NCBI GenBank assembly: GCA_017438775.1
Contig: JAFRUR010000053.1
Span: 2,812-66,811, forward strand
Length of the DNA: 64,000 nucleotides
From: Lachnospiraceae bacterium
GTDB taxonomy: Bacteria > Bacillota > Clostridia > Lachnospirales > Lachnospiraceae
Direction: 5' to 3'
Made by a program: the position numbers and the translations under genes. The notes below the pieces were generated by a model. The model was not told the DNA's origin and made no database searches. It saw only the letters and a program-made list of their open reading frames with translations. Below, in pieces: positions 25,466 to 36,539 of the stretch (its first letter is position 1; every line of letters starts with the position of its first letter).

Positions 25466-26659
25466 ATGACAAGAGAAGAGATCTTATACTTTCTCGCTTT
25501 CTGCGAGATTCGGGCCGAGAAGAAGCGGGACCTGTGGCGCGCCGTGCCGGACACGGGCGTGCTGTACCGGCTGAGCCTGCGCGAACTGCGGGAATTCGGC
25601 CTGACGGGGCGCGAGGTCGACGCCTGGAAGAAGCGAAAGCGCGACGACGCCGACTGGCGCCGCGAGTGGGAGAGCCTGCCCGACCGCGGCGTGCGCTTCC
25701 TGACGGAGGCGGACCCGGGGTATCCGGAGCGGCTCAAATTGATCTATGACGCCCCCTTTGGCCTGTTGTATAAAGGGGAACTTCCCTCGGACCGGCTCCC
25801 GGCCGCGGCCGTGGTGGGTGCCAGAAATTCCACGGCCTACGGGAGGGAGATGGCCCGCCGCGCCGGGGAGGAACTGGCGCGCCGCGGCGTCCAGGTCGTG
25901 AGCGGGATGGCCGCAGGCATCGACGGGGAGAGTCACCGCGGCGCCCTGGCCGCGGTCAAGGCGTTCCCGGACAGCGCGGGGACCTTTGCCGTCTTCGGGT
26001 GCGGCATCGAGGTCTGTTACCCGAAGGAGCACGAGGACCTGTACGCGACGATTCCGAACCGGGGCGGCCTCATCTCGGAACTGGGGCTTTTCACCGCGCC
26101 GCTTCCGATGCATTTCCCGATGCGCAACCGGATCATCGCGGGACTGTCGGACGTCGTCATCGTGGTGGAGGCGCGGAAAAAGAGCGGATCGTTCCTCACG
26201 GTGGACTTCGCCCTGGAGCAGGGGCGGGACGTGCGCGCCGTGCCGGGACGGCTCACGGATCCGCTCTCTGAGGGGTGTCATCAGCTGATCGCAGCGGGGG
26301 CCGGGATCGTGACCGACTTCGCGGAAGTGGCGGAGCAGCTCTACGGACAGGCCGCTCTGCGCTTCGTGGAGAAGACCCCGCGGCGGCGGGAAACCAGTCG
26401 CGCGCCGGCCGGAAAGGGCACAAATGCGCAGAAAGACGCCTCGGATGCGGCGTCCGAAAAACGCCGGAAGGAATTTGTTGACGGTCTTGCCACGCCGGAA
26501 AAACTGTTGTATAGTATTCTGGATTCCGGCCCGAAACAGAGAGACGAGATCGCCGCACAGTGCGCGCTTTCCGGCGCGCAGATCGACGCGGGCCACCTGA
26601 CTCTGGAGATGCTCGGCCTGGCCGCGCGCGGGGACGGAAATATATATCGGAAGGTTTGA
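25466..26659 (+). CDS. dprA: DNA-processing protein DprA
   Basis: VVGARNSTAYG, VVSGMAAGIDG and FPMRNRIIAGLS are DprA/Smf Rossmann-fold motifs. Confidence 0.92.
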   Translation: MTREEILYFLAFCEIRAEKKRDLWRAVPDTGVLYRLSLRELREFGLTGREVDAWKKRKRDDADWRREWESLPDRGVRFLTEADPGYPERLKLIYDAPFGLLYKGELPSDRLPAAAVVGARNSTAYGREMARRAGEELARRGVQVVSGMAAGIDGESHRGALAAVKAFPDSAGTFAVFGCGIEVCYPKEHEDLYATIPNRGGLISELGLFTAPLPMHFPMRNRIIAGLSDVVIVVEARKKSGSFLTVDFALEQGRDVRAVPGRLTDPLSEGCHQLIAAGAGIVTDFAEVAEQLYGQAALRFVEKTPRRRETSRAPAGKGTNAQKDASDAASEKRRKEFVDGLATPEKLLYSILDSGPKQRDEIAAQCALSGAQIDAGHLTLEMLGLAARGDGNIYRKV

Positions 26660-26667
26660 GAATACAA

Positions 26668-28635
26668 ATGGCAAAGAATCTGGTCATCGTGGAGTCCCCG
26701 GCAAAGGTCAAGACGATCCGCAAATTCCTTGGCGCAAATTACGACGTGCAGGCCAGCGGCGGCCACGTCAGAGATCTCCCCAAGAGCTCGATGGGCGTGG
26801 ACGTGGAACACGATTTTGAACCCAAATACATCACCATCCGCGGCAAGGGCGACACCCTTGCGATGCTGCGCCGGCAGGTCAAGAAGGCGGATAAGATCTA
26901 TCTCGCGACCGACCCGGACCGCGAGGGAGAGGCCATCAGCTGGCACCTCGTGGAGGCCCTGCACCTCCCGGAGGACAGGACCAGCCGCATCAGCTTCCAG
27001 GAGATCACCAAGAGCGCGGTCCGCGCGGCCTTCAAGGCGCCCCGCAAGATCGACATGGATCTTGTGGACGCGCAGCAGGCGCGCCGCGTTCTGGACCGCA
27101 TGGTGGGGTATTCCATCAGCCCGCTGCTCTGGGCCAAGATCAAGCGCGGTCTGTCCGCGGGCCGCGTGCAGTCCGCGTCCCTCCGCATGATCGCGGACCG
27201 CGAGGCGGAGATCGACGCCTTCGTGCCGGAGGAGTACTGGAGCATCACCGCACATCTGCGCGCGGAAAAGCAGCGCCGCGACATTGTGTTCCGCTACTAC
27301 GGATCCGACAACAAAAAGACCGACATCCCGAACGAGACCGTCTGCCGCGGGATCCTCGCGGAGATCGAAAAGGAGACCTTCGTGCTGGCCTCGGTCAAGA
27401 CCGGAGAGCGCATCCGCAAGGCCCCGCTCCCCTTCACGACCAGCACCATGCAGCAGGAGGCGGCCAAGCTTCTCGGCTTCTCCACCAGCAAGACCATGCG
27501 CATGGCCCAGCAGCTGTACGAGGGCGTGGAGATCAAGGGACAGGGCAACGTGGCCCTGATCTCTTACCTGCGTACGGATTCGACCCGCATCTCCGACGAG
27601 GCGGACGCCGCGGTGCGCGAGTACATCCGCACCCAGTACGGCCCCGACCACGAGGGAGGCAGGACCCAGACCGCGGAGAGCCAGGGACGCGTCCAGGACG
27701 CCCATGAGGCCATCCGTCCGACCAACGTCTCCCTGTCCCCGGTCAAGGTCAAGGAGAGCCTTCCCCGCGACCTGTTCCGTCTGTATCAGCTCATCTGGAA
27801 GCGGTTCGTCGCCAGCCGCATGGCCGACGCCCGCTACGATACCCTGCAGCTTCGCGCCGATGCGGGCCGCCATCAGTTCACGGCGTCCGGCAGCTCGGTG
27901 CGCTTCGAGGGCTTCCTCTCCGTGTATCAGGTGGAAGATGAGGAGAAGGCCATCCCTGCCTCCGGTCTGAAGGAGGGCGAGCCGATGATCTGCTCCGGCA
28001 TCGAGGAGAAGCAGCACTTCACGCAGCCTCCGGCGCACTTCACCGAGGCCACGCTGGTCCACGAGATGGAGCAGAGCGGCATCGGACGTCCCAGCACCTA
28101 TGCGCCCACCATTTCCACCCTGCTGGCGCGCCATTACGTCACCAAGGACGGCCGCAACCTCTTCATCACGGAACTGGGCGAGGCGGTGAACGACGTCATG
28201 CTCCAGGCCTTCCCGCACATCGTGGACCGCAAGTTCACGGCGGAGATGGAGAGCGAGCTTGACGGCGTGGAAGAGGGCAAGGTGCCCTGGAAGCAGGTCA
28301 TCCGCGGCTTCTATCCGAGCCTGAAGGAAGACGTGGCCAGGGCGGACGAGATGATCTCGCACATCGACATCCAGGACGAGGTGTCCGACGTCACGTGTGA
28401 GCTCTGCGGGCGCAAGATGGTGTACAAGTACGGGCCGCACGGCAAGTTCCTTGCCTGCCCCGGCTTCCCGGACTGCCGCAACACCAAGCCGTATTATGAG
28501 CCGACGGATTCCGTCTGCCCCAAGTGCGGCGGAGAGATCCTGATCAAGAAGACGATGAAGGGACGTCGCTACTACGGGTGCAGCAATTATCCGGAGTGCG
28601 ACTATATGTCCTGGCAGAAGCCTTCGGCAGATTAA
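26668..28635 (+). CDS. topA: DNA topoisomerase I
   Basis: MAKNLVIVESPAKVKTI, the TOPRIM DPDREGE motif and C-terminal Cys4 zinc ribbons (CELCG...CPGFPDC, CPKCG...CSNYPEC) are present. Confidence 0.95.
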   Translation: MAKNLVIVESPAKVKTIRKFLGANYDVQASGGHVRDLPKSSMGVDVEHDFEPKYITIRGKGDTLAMLRRQVKKADKIYLATDPDREGEAISWHLVEALHLPEDRTSRISFQEITKSAVRAAFKAPRKIDMDLVDAQQARRVLDRMVGYSISPLLWAKIKRGLSAGRVQSASLRMIADREAEIDAFVPEEYWSITAHLRAEKQRRDIVFRYYGSDNKKTDIPNETVCRGILAEIEKETFVLASVKTGERIRKAPLPFTTSTMQQEAAKLLGFSTSKTMRMAQQLYEGVEIKGQGNVALISYLRTDSTRISDEADAAVREYIRTQYGPDHEGGRTQTAESQGRVQDAHEAIRPTNVSLSPVKVKESLPRDLFRLYQLIWKRFVASRMADARYDTLQLRADAGRHQFTASGSSVRFEGFLSVYQVEDEEKAIPASGLKEGEPMICSGIEEKQHFTQPPAHFTEATLVHEMEQSGIGRPSTYAPTISTLLARHYVTKDGRNLFITELGEAVNDVMLQAFPHIVDRKFTAEMESELDGVEEGKVPWKQVIRGFYPSLKEDVARADEMISHIDIQDEVSDVTCELCGRKMVYKYGPHGKFLACPGFPDCRNTKPYYEPTDSVCPKCGGEILIKKTMKGRRYYGCSNYPECDYMSWQKPSAD

Positions 28636-28742
28636 AGCGCACAAAGATTAAAATTGTATTAAATTGACTGATAACTCTTGAAAAAAATAAGATTTTCGTG
28701 TTACCATGGGCATAACAACATCCGGAAGGGAGGTTTGCGCCC

Positions 28743-29513
28743 ATGGGAATAGAATTGCTGGATAAAACCAGAAAAATCAACCGTCTGCTTCAAAATTCGC
28801 ATTCCAAGAAGATCGTGTTTGGGGATCTGTGCCGTGTTCTCAGCGGGACGCTCTCTTCCCATGTCCTGGTCATCAGCCGCAAGGGCAAGGTCCTGGGCAT
28901 CGGAGCGGCGCCGGAAGGCGGTCCCATCCCCAAAGAACTGCTGTTCGCGTCGGGAGACATGGTCGGAGAGCTCCTGAACGAACGCATGCTCAGTATTCTG
29001 TCGACACAGGAAAACGTCAACCTCGTCACCCTGGGCTTCTCGGTGGAGGACATGCGCGGCGTGCGCGCCATGGTCAGCCCCGTCTTCATCGCGGGAGAGC
29101 GCCTGGGCACCATCTTTATCTTCCAGTCGGTCCGCGACTATGACCTGGACGACATCATCCTCTGCGAATACGCCGCTGCCGTGGTCGGTCTGGAGATTCT
29201 CCAGTCGCTGCGGGAGGAGAGCGAAGAGGAGGAGCGCAAGATCAGCGTGGTCCGATCCGCCATGAATACGCTTTCGTATTCGGAGCAGGAGGCCATCTTC
29301 AGCATCTTTGACGAGCTCAGAGGCCGCGAGGGCATCCTTGTGGCGAGCAAGGTGGCAGACCGCGTGGGCATCACCCGTTCCGTCATCGTGAATGCCCTGC
29401 GCAAGTTCGAGAGCGCCGGTATCATCGAGTCCCGCTCCTCGGGTATGAAGGGCACTTATATCAAGATCACCAACGACTGTCTCCCGGAGGAACTGCGCAA
29501 AATGCGCGAGTGA
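28743..29513 (+). CDS. codY: GTP-sensing pleiotropic transcriptional regulator CodY
   Basis: LLDKTRKINRLLQ and the C-terminal wHTH ASKVADRVGITRSVIVNALRKFESAGIIESRSSGMKGTYI are present. Confidence 0.93.
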   Translation: MGIELLDKTRKINRLLQNSHSKKIVFGDLCRVLSGTLSSHVLVISRKGKVLGIGAAPEGGPIPKELLFASGDMVGELLNERMLSILSTQENVNLVTLGFSVEDMRGVRAMVSPVFIAGERLGTIFIFQSVRDYDLDDIILCEYAAAVVGLEILQSLREESEEEERKISVVRSAMNTLSYSEQEAIFSIFDELRGREGILVASKVADRVGITRSVIVNALRKFESAGIIESRSSGMKGTYIKITNDCLPEELRKMRE

Positions 29514-29536
29514 GCCGGGCATCCATCCCGCCTGAG

Positions 29537-29586
29537 GGACCGCGGTATGGCTTCGGATAGAAGCCGCGCCGCGGTCCTTTTCCTTT
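29537..29586 (+). terminator. intrinsic terminator after codY
   Basis: GGACCGCGG...CCGCGGTCC forms an outer stem with a nested hairpin, followed by TTTTCCTTT. Confidence 0.7.
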
Positions 29587-29600
29587 CGAACAAATGTTCC
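29587..29600 (+). promoter_or_regulatory. LexA (Firmicutes SOS/Cheo) box
   Basis: CGAACAAATGTTCC compares to the consensus CGAACRNRYGTTCG with one mismatch. It lies 10 nt upstream of the uvrB -35. Confidence 0.65.
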
Positions 29601-29609
29601 CGACATCCC

Positions 29610-29638
29610 TTTACATCCGCAGGGGCATGTGCTATACT
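29610..29638 (+). promoter_or_regulatory. uvrB promoter (extended -10)
   Basis: TTTACA (29610-29615), a 17-nt spacer, then TGcTATACT (29630-29638). Confidence 0.65.
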
Positions 29639-29688
29639 CGGTGCGGAAGCAGACGCAGGTCTCACTTCACTTCTCGCAGAGGATCACC

Positions 29689-31680
29689 ATGGAATTCAAA
29701 CTGCATTCGGACTACGCGCCCACGGGAGATCAGCCCGAGGCCATCGAGTCCATCGTCCGCGGCTTTCAGGAGGGAGAGCAGTTCCAGACCCTTCTGGGCG
29801 TCACCGGCTCCGGAAAGACTTTCACCATGGCCAACGTCATCGCCCGCCTGGGGCGTCCCACCCTGGTCATCGCCCACAACAAGACGCTGGCGGCCCAGCT
29901 GTACGGAGAATTCAAGGAGTATTTCCCGGAAAACGCGGTGGAATACTTTGTTTCCTATTACGATTATTACCAGCCGGAGGCCTACGTTCCCTCCACGGAC
30001 ACCTATATCGAGAAAGATTCCGCCATCAATGACGAAATCGATAAACTGAGACATTCCGCTACGGCGGCCCTCTCAGAGCGCCGGGACGTCATCATCGTGG
30101 CTTCCGTTTCCTGCATTTACGGCCTGGGCAGCCCCATCGACTACAAGAACATGGTGGTGTCGCTGCGCCCCGGCATGCAGGTGGAGCGCGACGCCGTCCT
30201 GCGCAAGCTGGTGGACATGCAGTACACCCGGAGCGAGATGGACTTCAAGCGCGGCACCTTCCGCGTCCGCGGGGATATTGTGGATATTTTCCCCGCGTAC
30301 GAAAACGACCGCGCCGTCCGCATCGAATTCTTCGGGGACGAGGTCGACCGCATCCTGGAGATGGACGTGGTCACCGGCCGCCCCCGCGCCCAGCTGGAGC
30401 ACACGGCCGTGTTCCCCGCGTCGCACTACGTTGTCCCCAAGGAAAAGATGGAGCGGGCCACCCACGCCATTGAAGAAGAACTGGAAGAGCGCGTGAAGTA
30501 CTTCCAGAGGGAGGACAAGCTCCTGGAGGCGCAGCGCATCGCGGAGCGCACCCATTACGATGTCGAGATGATGCGCGAGACCGGCTTCTGCTCCGGTATC
30601 GAGAACTATTCCCGCCACCTGAGCGGCCTGGAGCCGGGCGCGCCGCCTTATACCCTCATGGATTACTTCCCGGAGGATCTCCTGATCTTTGTGGACGAAT
30701 CCCACATGACCATCCCCCAGATCCGCGCCATGTACCACGGGGACCGCTCGCGCAAGACCACGCTGGTGGAGTACGGCTTCCGCCTGCCGTCGGCCCTGGA
30801 CAACCGTCCTTTGAGTTTTGATGAATTCGAGGCCCACATCGACCAGATGCTCTTTGTCTCCGCGACGCCGGGCCCGTATGAAGAAGCCCACGAGCTCTCC
30901 CGCACGGAGCAGGTCATCCGCCCCACGGGGCTCCTGGACCCGGAGGTCACCGTGCACCCGGTGGAGGGCCAGATCGACCACCTCCTCGGAGAGATCCGCA
31001 AGGAGACGGACAAGGGCAACAAGGTCCTTGTCACCACCCTGACCAAGCGCATGGCGGAAGATTTGACCACATACCTGCGCGAGGTCGGCGTGCGCGTGAA
31101 ATACCTGCACTCGGACATCGACACGCTGGAGCGGAGCGAGATCATCCGCGACATGCGCATGGACCTGTTCGACGTCCTGGTGGGCATCAACCTCCTGCGC
31201 GAGGGCCTGGACATCCCGGAGATCGGCCTGGTGGCCATCCTGGATGCGGATAAAGAAGGCTTCCTGCGCTCGGAGACGGCCCTCATCCAGACCATCGGAC
31301 GCGCGGCCCGCAACGTGGGCGGCCGCGTCATCATGTACGCGGACACCATGACGGATTCCATGGCCCGCGCCATTTCGGAGACCAACCGCAGGCGCGAGAT
31401 CCAGCAGGCCTATAACCAGGCCCACGGCATCACCCCGCGCTCCATCCAGAAGGCGGTGCGGGAACTCATCAGCATCTCCCGCGCGGCGGAACCGGGCGGC
31501 GTGCGCCCGGAGAAGGGGCTGGAATCCATGGATCAGAAGGAGCTTGGCAAGCTCCTGTCGGAACTCAGAAAGAAGATGAACGCCGCGGCGGCGGAACTCA
31601 ATTTCGAAGAGGCTGCCGTGCTGCGTGACCAGATGATCGAAGTCAAGAAGCAGCTGGAAGGCTTCGGGGACAACACATGA
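29689..31680 (+). CDS. uvrB: excinuclease ABC subunit B
   Basis: GDQPEAI, Walker [10 protein letters not shown], helicase motifs and the C-terminal UVR domain [11 protein letters not shown] are present. Confidence 0.96.
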   Translation: MEFKLHSDYAPTGDQPEAIESIVRGFQEGEQFQTLLGVTGSGKTFTMANVIARLGRPTLVIAHNKTLAAQLYGEFKEYFPENAVEYFVSYYDYYQPEAYVPSTDTYIEKDSAINDEIDKLRHSATAALSERRDVIIVASVSCIYGLGSPIDYKNMVVSLRPGMQVERDAVLRKLVDMQYTRSEMDFKRGTFRVRGDIVDIFPAYENDRAVRIEFFGDEVDRILEMDVVTGRPRAQLEHTAVFPASHYVVPKEKMERATHAIEEELEERVKYFQREDKLLEAQRIAERTHYDVEMMRETGFCSGIENYSRHLSGLEPGAPPYTLMDYFPEDLLIFVDESHMTIPQIRAMYHGDRSRKTTLVEYGFRLPSALDNRPLSFDEFEAHIDQMLFVSATPGPYEEAHELSRTEQVIRPTGLLDPEVTVHPVEGQIDHLLGEIRKETDKGNKVLVTTLTKRMAEDLTTYLREVGVRVKYLHSDIDTLERSEIIRDMRMDLFDVLVGINLLREGLDIPEIGLVAILDADKEGFLRSETALIQTIGRAARNVGGRVIMYADTMTDSMARAISETNRRREIQQAYNQAHGITPRSIQKAVRELISISRAAEPGGVRPEKGLESMDQKELGKLLSELRKKMNAAAAELNFEEAAVLRDQMIEVKKQLEGFGDNT

Positions 31681-34511
31681 AAGAGAAGCAGTACATCCGC
31701 ATCCGCGGCGCGAACGAACACAACCTGAAAAACCTCAGCGTGGATATCCCCCGCAACGAGCTCGTTGTCCTGACCGGCCTGTCCGGTTCGGGCAAGTCCT
31801 CGCTCGCTTTCGATACCATTTACGCAGAGGGCCAGCGCCGCTACATGGAATCGCTCTCGTCGTACGCCCGCCAGTTCCTCGGCCAGATGGAAAAGCCGGA
31901 TGTGGAGAGCATCGAAGGCCTCTCGCCGGCCATCTCCATCGACCAGAAATCCACCAACCACAACCCGCGTTCCACGGTGGGCACCGTCACGGAAATCTAC
32001 GATTACCTGCGTCTTCTCTACGCGCGCATCGGCATTCCGCACTGCCCGAACTGCGGCCGGGAGATCCGCCGGCAGACGGTGGACCAGATGGTGGATCAGA
32101 TCCTTCGTCTTCCGGAAGGGACCCGCCTGTCCCTTCTGGCGCCGGTGGTGCGCGGCCGCAAGGGCCAGCACGAAAAGGTGCTGGAGCAGGCCCTGCGCAG
32201 CGGCTACGCCCGCGTCCTGATCGACGGCCATCTGTACGACCTCTCGGAAGAGATCAAGTTAGAGAAGAACATCAAGCACGACATCTCCATCGTCGTGGAC
32301 CGCGTCGCGGTCCGTCCCGGCCTGGAGAAGCGCCTCTCGGATTCGATCGAGACAGCCCTGGCCGCGGCGGACGGCCTCATGAACGTACAGATCGAGGGCG
32401 GAGACCTCCTCACCTTCAGCGAAAACTACGCCTGCCCGGACTGCGGCATCAGCATCGAGGATGTGGAGCCCCGCAGCTTCTCCTTCAACAACCCCTTCGG
32501 CGCCTGCCCGGTCTGCGCCGGTCTGGGCTACAAGATGGAGTTCGACCCGGACCTTCTCATTCCGGACGGTTCGCTCAGCCTGAGCCGCGGCTGCATTGCC
32601 GTGAACGGCTGGCAGTCCGCCATGGACCCGGGGAGTTTTTCGCACGCCATTCTCGTAGCTCTGGCCAAGGAGTATCAGTTCTCCCTGGACACCCCGTTTG
32701 ACGATTATCCGGAGGAGATCCGGGACCTCCTTCTCTACGGAAAGGGGAGCCGTCCCATCAAGGTCCCCTACCGCGGCACCCGCGGCGTGGGCGTCTACGA
32801 CGTCACCTTCGAGGGCCTCATCCGCAATGTAGAGCGCCGCTACCGCGAGACCTATTCGGAGAGCGGAAAGGCGGAGTACGAGTCCTTTATGCGCTTCACG
32901 CCCTGCAATGCCTGCGGCGGACAGCGCCTCAAGCCCTCGTCCCTCGCGGTCACGGTGGGCGGGAAGAACATCTACGAAGTCACCCAGTTCCCGATCCGGG
33001 AGTTCCGGGACTACCTGGAGAACCTGGACCTCGGTCCCACGCAGCAGGCCATCGGCGCCCAGATTCTCAAGGAGATCAAGGCGCGCGCGGGCTTTCTGGT
33101 CAGCGTCGGACTGGATTATCTGTCCCTCGGCAGAGCGGCGGGATCGCTCTCCGGCGGAGAATCGCAGCGCATCCGCCTCGCCACACAGATCGGGTCCGGC
33201 CTGGTGGGCGTGGCCTACATCCTGGACGAGCCGAGCATCGGTCTGCATCAGCGGGATAATGACAAGCTTCTGGCCACGCTGCAGCGCCTGCGCGACCTGG
33301 GCAACACGGTGATCGTCGTGGAGCACGACGAGGACACCATCCGCGCGGCGGACACCGTGGTCGACATCGGCCCCGGCGCCGGCGCGCACGGAGGAGAACT
33401 CGTGGCCGTCGGCACGGCGGAAGACCTGATGAAGAACCCGCGCTCCATCACGGGGGCCTATCTGTCGGGCAAAAAGAAGATCCCCGTGCCGGAAGAGCGG
33501 CGCGCGCCCCAGGGGTGGCTCACCGTCAGAGGGGCTGCGGAAAACAACCTGAAAGACATCGACGTCCGGTTCCCGCTGGGCGTGTTCACCTGTGTCACGG
33601 GCGTGTCCGGCTCCGGCAAGAGCTCCCTCGTGAACGAGATCCTTTTCAAATCCCTCGCCAGAAAGCTCAACCGCGCGCATACCATTGCCGGGAAGCACAA
33701 GGGCATCGATGGGGTCGAGCAACTGGACAAGGTCATCGCGATCGACCAGTCGCCCATCGGAAGGACGCCGCGTTCCAATCCCGCGACCTACTGCGGCGTG
33801 TTTGACATGATCCGCGACCTCTTTGCCGCCACGGCGGACGCGAAGGAGCGCGGCTACAAGAAGGGCCGCTTCAGCTTCAACGTGAAGGGCGGCCGCTGCG
33901 AGGCCTGCGGCGGAGACGGCATCCTCAAGATCGAGATGCACTTCCTGCCGGACGTCTACGTCCCCTGCGAGGTCTGCCACGGCCAGCGCTACAACCGCGA
34001 GACCCTGGAGGTGCGCTACCGCGGCAAGAACATTTACGAAGTTCTGGAGATGACGGTGGAAGAGGCCCTGCCGTTCTTTGAGCACGTGCCGGCCATCCGC
34101 CGCAAGATCCAGACCCTCTACGACGTCGGCCTCTCGTACGTGAAACTGGGCCAGCCCTCCACCACGCTGTCGGGAGGAGAGGCACAGCGCGTGAAACTCG
34201 CCACGGAGCTCTCCCGCAAGAGCACAGGAAAGACCATCTATATCCTGGACGAGCCGACCACCGGCCTGCACTTTGCGGATGTCCACAAGCTGGTGGAGAT
34301 CCTGCACCGCCTCACGGACGGCGGGAACAGCGTCGTCGTGATCGAGCACAACCTGGACGTCATCAAAACGGCGGACTATATCATCGATCTCGGCCCCGAG
34401 GGAGGAGATATGGGCGGCACCGTGGTGGCCGTCGGCACGCCGGAAGAGATCGCGCGCGTTCCGGAATCCTACACGGGACAGTATGTGCGCCGCTACCTGC
34501 CGAAGGCATGA
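31677..34511 (+). CDS. uvrA: excinuclease ABC subunit A
   Basis: [13 protein letters not shown] and two ABC modules ([20 protein letters not shown]) with zinc-finger cysteines are present. The start overlaps the uvrB stop (ATGA). Confidence 0.96.
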   Translation: MKEKQYIRIRGANEHNLKNLSVDIPRNELVVLTGLSGSGKSSLAFDTIYAEGQRRYMESLSSYARQFLGQMEKPDVESIEGLSPAISIDQKSTNHNPRSTVGTVTEIYDYLRLLYARIGIPHCPNCGREIRRQTVDQMVDQILRLPEGTRLSLLAPVVRGRKGQHEKVLEQALRSGYARVLIDGHLYDLSEEIKLEKNIKHDISIVVDRVAVRPGLEKRLSDSIETALAAADGLMNVQIEGGDLLTFSENYACPDCGISIEDVEPRSFSFNNPFGACPVCAGLGYKMEFDPDLLIPDGSLSLSRGCIAVNGWQSAMDPGSFSHAILVALAKEYQFSLDTPFDDYPEEIRDLLLYGKGSRPIKVPYRGTRGVGVYDVTFEGLIRNVERRYRETYSESGKAEYESFMRFTPCNACGGQRLKPSSLAVTVGGKNIYEVTQFPIREFRDYLENLDLGPTQQAIGAQILKEIKARAGFLVSVGLDYLSLGRAAGSLSGGESQRIRLATQIGSGLVGVAYILDEPSIGLHQRDNDKLLATLQRLRDLGNTVIVVEHDEDTIRAADTVVDIGPGAGAHGGELVAVGTAEDLMKNPRSITGAYLSGKKKIPVPEERRAPQGWLTVRGAAENNLKDIDVRFPLGVFTCVTGVSGSGKSSLVNEILFKSLARKLNRAHTIAGKHKGIDGVEQLDKVIAIDQSPIGRTPRSNPATYCGVFDMIRDLFAATADAKERGYKKGRFSFNVKGGRCEACGGDGILKIEMHFLPDVYVPCEVCHGQRYNRETLEVRYRGKNIYEVLEMTVEEALPFFEHVPAIRRKIQTLYDVGLSYVKLGQPSTTLSGGEAQRVKLATELSRKSTGKTIYILDEPTTGLHFADVHKLVEILHRLTDGGNSVVVIEHNLDVIKTADYIIDLGPEGGDMGGTVVAVGTPEEIARVPESYTGQYVRRYLPKA

Positions 34512-34516
34512 CCGGC

Positions 34517-34547
34517 AGGCGGGCCTTACCCTGGGTGAGGCCCGCCT
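34517..34547 (+). terminator. stem-loop after uvrA (weak terminator candidate)
   Basis: AGGCGGGCC / GGCCCGCCT form a 9-bp stem with a 13-nt loop. There is no clean T-tract. Confidence 0.35.
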
Positions 34548-34817
34548 CTCTGGAAAACCGGGAAGGCAGGAAGCCTGTTTCTGCCTGTTTTCTCTGCACC
34601 GGTCCGGCATGCGTCGATGCGGCATTTGGCATAAAGCGCTGCCTGCTGCGTTCGGATTCCCATCTCCCCGGAAGACGGGCAAAAGGAAAGATGCTTGCGT
34701 CAGTCTCCGTTTTATGCTAAAACAGGTGCGTGACGTTTCGCCTGCGGCTTCTGCCGCGTCTGGATTCTTTTCCGTTCATCTGTGGCCCGCTTCGGGCCGT
34801 GCCAAGAAGGAGCAAAT

Positions 34818-36110
34818 ATGAGAGAGAAACTGGAGAGCCTCCCGCTTTCCGAACTTCGCGAGATCGCGAAGTCGAAGGGGATTCGCGGTGTGACCACCAA
34901 GAAGAAGGCAGATCTGATCGAAGAACTGCTTGCCCTGGGAGAAGAGAAACCGAAGCCCGCCATGCCGGAAGAACTGCAGGCTCTCAGTTCGGACGAGACT
35001 GCGTCCGGTATCCTGGAGGTCATGCCGGACGGCTTCGGCTTCATCCGCTGCGAGAATTACCTCCCCGGAGAAAATGATATCTATGTTTCGCCGTCCCAGA
35101 TCCGCAAGTTCAATCTGAAGACGGGAGACTTCGTCACGGGTCCGCAGCGTGTGAAGACCGGGACCGAGAAGTTTGCGGCCCTCCTGTATGTGGACAAGAT
35201 CAACGACCAGCCCAACGTCGTGGCTCAGAGGCGCCCCAACTTCGAGGATCTTACCCCGATCTTCCCGAATGAACGCATCCACCTGGAGACCGCGGGAGGA
35301 GAGGTGTCCATGCGCGTCATGGATCTGCTTGCCCCCATCGGCCGCGGCCAGAGAGGCATGATCGTTTCCCCGCCCAAGGCTGGCAAGACCACGATTTTAA
35401 AGCAGGTCGCGCGCGCTATCACGAAGAATCACCGTGACATGCACCTCATCATCCTGCTGATCGACGAGCGCCCGGAAGAGGTTACGGACATCAAGGAGTC
35501 CATCGAGGGAAGCAGCGTGGAGGTCATCTACTCCACCTTTGACGAACTCCCGGAGCATCACAAGCGCGTCTCGGAGATGGTCCTGGAGCGCGCGAAGCGC
35601 CTGGTGGAGCACGGCAAGGACGTCGTCATCCTGCTGGATTCGATCACCCGTCTCGCCCGTGCCTACAACCTGACGGTCACCCCGAGCGGCCGCACGCTCT
35701 CGGGCGGTCTGGATCCGGCGTCTCTGTATATGCCCAAGCGCTTCTTCGGCGCCGCCCGCAACATGCGGGAGGGCGGAAGCCTCACGATTCTTGCCACGGC
35801 CTTGGTGGAGACCGGGAGCCGCATGGACGAAGTCATCTTCGAGGAATTCAAGGGCACCGGCAACATGGAGATCGTCCTGGACCGCAGGCTCTCGGAACGC
35901 CGCATCTTCCCCGCCATCGACATCCTGAAGTCCAGCACCCGCCGGGACGACCTTCTCCTCACGCCGGAAGAGAAGGAAGGCGTGGACAAGCTCCGCCGCG
36001 TCATGACCACGCTCAAGTCGGAAGAGGCGGCCGAGCGCATCCTGGATCTGTTCGGGCGCACCCGAACGAACCGCGAATTCCTGGAGATGGTCAAAAAGAT
36101 GCATTTCTGA
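34818..36110 (+). CDS. rho: transcription termination factor Rho
   Basis: The N-terminal LSELREIAK, the RNA-binding GFGFIR and Walker A PPKAGKTT are present. ATG 34818 follows AAGGAG. Confidence 0.95.
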   Translation: MREKLESLPLSELREIAKSKGIRGVTTKKKADLIEELLALGEEKPKPAMPEELQALSSDETASGILEVMPDGFGFIRCENYLPGENDIYVSPSQIRKFNLKTGDFVTGPQRVKTGTEKFAALLYVDKINDQPNVVAQRRPNFEDLTPIFPNERIHLETAGGEVSMRVMDLLAPIGRGQRGMIVSPPKAGKTTILKQVARAITKNHRDMHLIILLIDERPEEVTDIKESIEGSSVEVIYSTFDELPEHHKRVSEMVLERAKRLVEHGKDVVILLDSITRLARAYNLTVTPSGRTLSGGLDPASLYMPKRFFGAARNMREGGSLTILATALVETGSRMDEVIFEEFKGTGNMEIVLDRRLSERRIFPAIDILKSSTRRDDLLLTPEEKEGVDKLRRVMTTLKSEEAAERILDLFGRTRTNREFLEMVKKMHF

Positions 36111-36161
36111 TCCTCACGGGAAAGACGTGTTTCCGGCCATCTCGTTTACGTAAAAAAGTTC

Positions 36162-36190
36162 TTGCAAAAGACAGTGCCTTGTGCTATAGT
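36162..36190 (+). promoter_or_regulatory. rpmE promoter (extended -10)
   Basis: TTGCAA (36162-36167), a 17-nt spacer, then TGcTATAGT (36182-36190). Confidence 0.65.
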
Positions 36191-36244
36191 AGCAAAGCTT
36201 GTGATGGTTGGAACCATCAAAAATCGGCGTAGAGGAGTAAAGAC

Positions 36245-36454
36245 ATGAGAGAGGGCATTCATCCGAAATATTATCAGGCCAAGGTGACCTGCAACTGCGG
36301 CAACGAGTTCGTGACCGGCTCCACCCGCAAAGAGATCCACGTGGAGATCTGCTCCAAGTGCCATCCGTTCTACACGGGTCAGCAGAAGGCGGCGCAGGCT
36401 CGCGGACGTATCGAGCAGTTCAACCGCAAGTACGGCATCAAGACCGAAGCGTAA
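36245..36454 (+). CDS. rpmE: 50S ribosomal protein L31 (zinc-ribbon, type A)
   Basis: [14 protein letters not shown]...[10 protein letters not shown] are present. Confidence 0.95.
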   Translation: MREGIHPKYYQAKVTCNCGNEFVTGSTRKEIHVEICSKCHPFYTGQQKAAQARGRIEQFNRKYGIKTEA

Positions 36455-36465
36455 GAAGGCTGCAC

Positions 36466-36497
36466 AGGCTGAGGGGTTTCTCCTCAGCCTTTTTTTC
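36466..36497 (+). terminator. intrinsic terminator after rpmE
   Basis: The AGGCTGAGG / CCTCAGCCT stem is followed by TTTTTTT. Confidence 0.85.
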
Positions 36498-36539
36498 TAT
36501 ACCCGGGCCGTTTCTGTCCGGACTGCAAGAGAGAATGAT

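Noticed and set aside
28636-28742. CodY box (AATTTTCWGAAAATT) in the AT-rich region upstream of codY.
   Set aside because: Only loose A/T-rich similarity is present (AAAATTGTATTAAATT), with no convincing match to the 15-nt palindrome.
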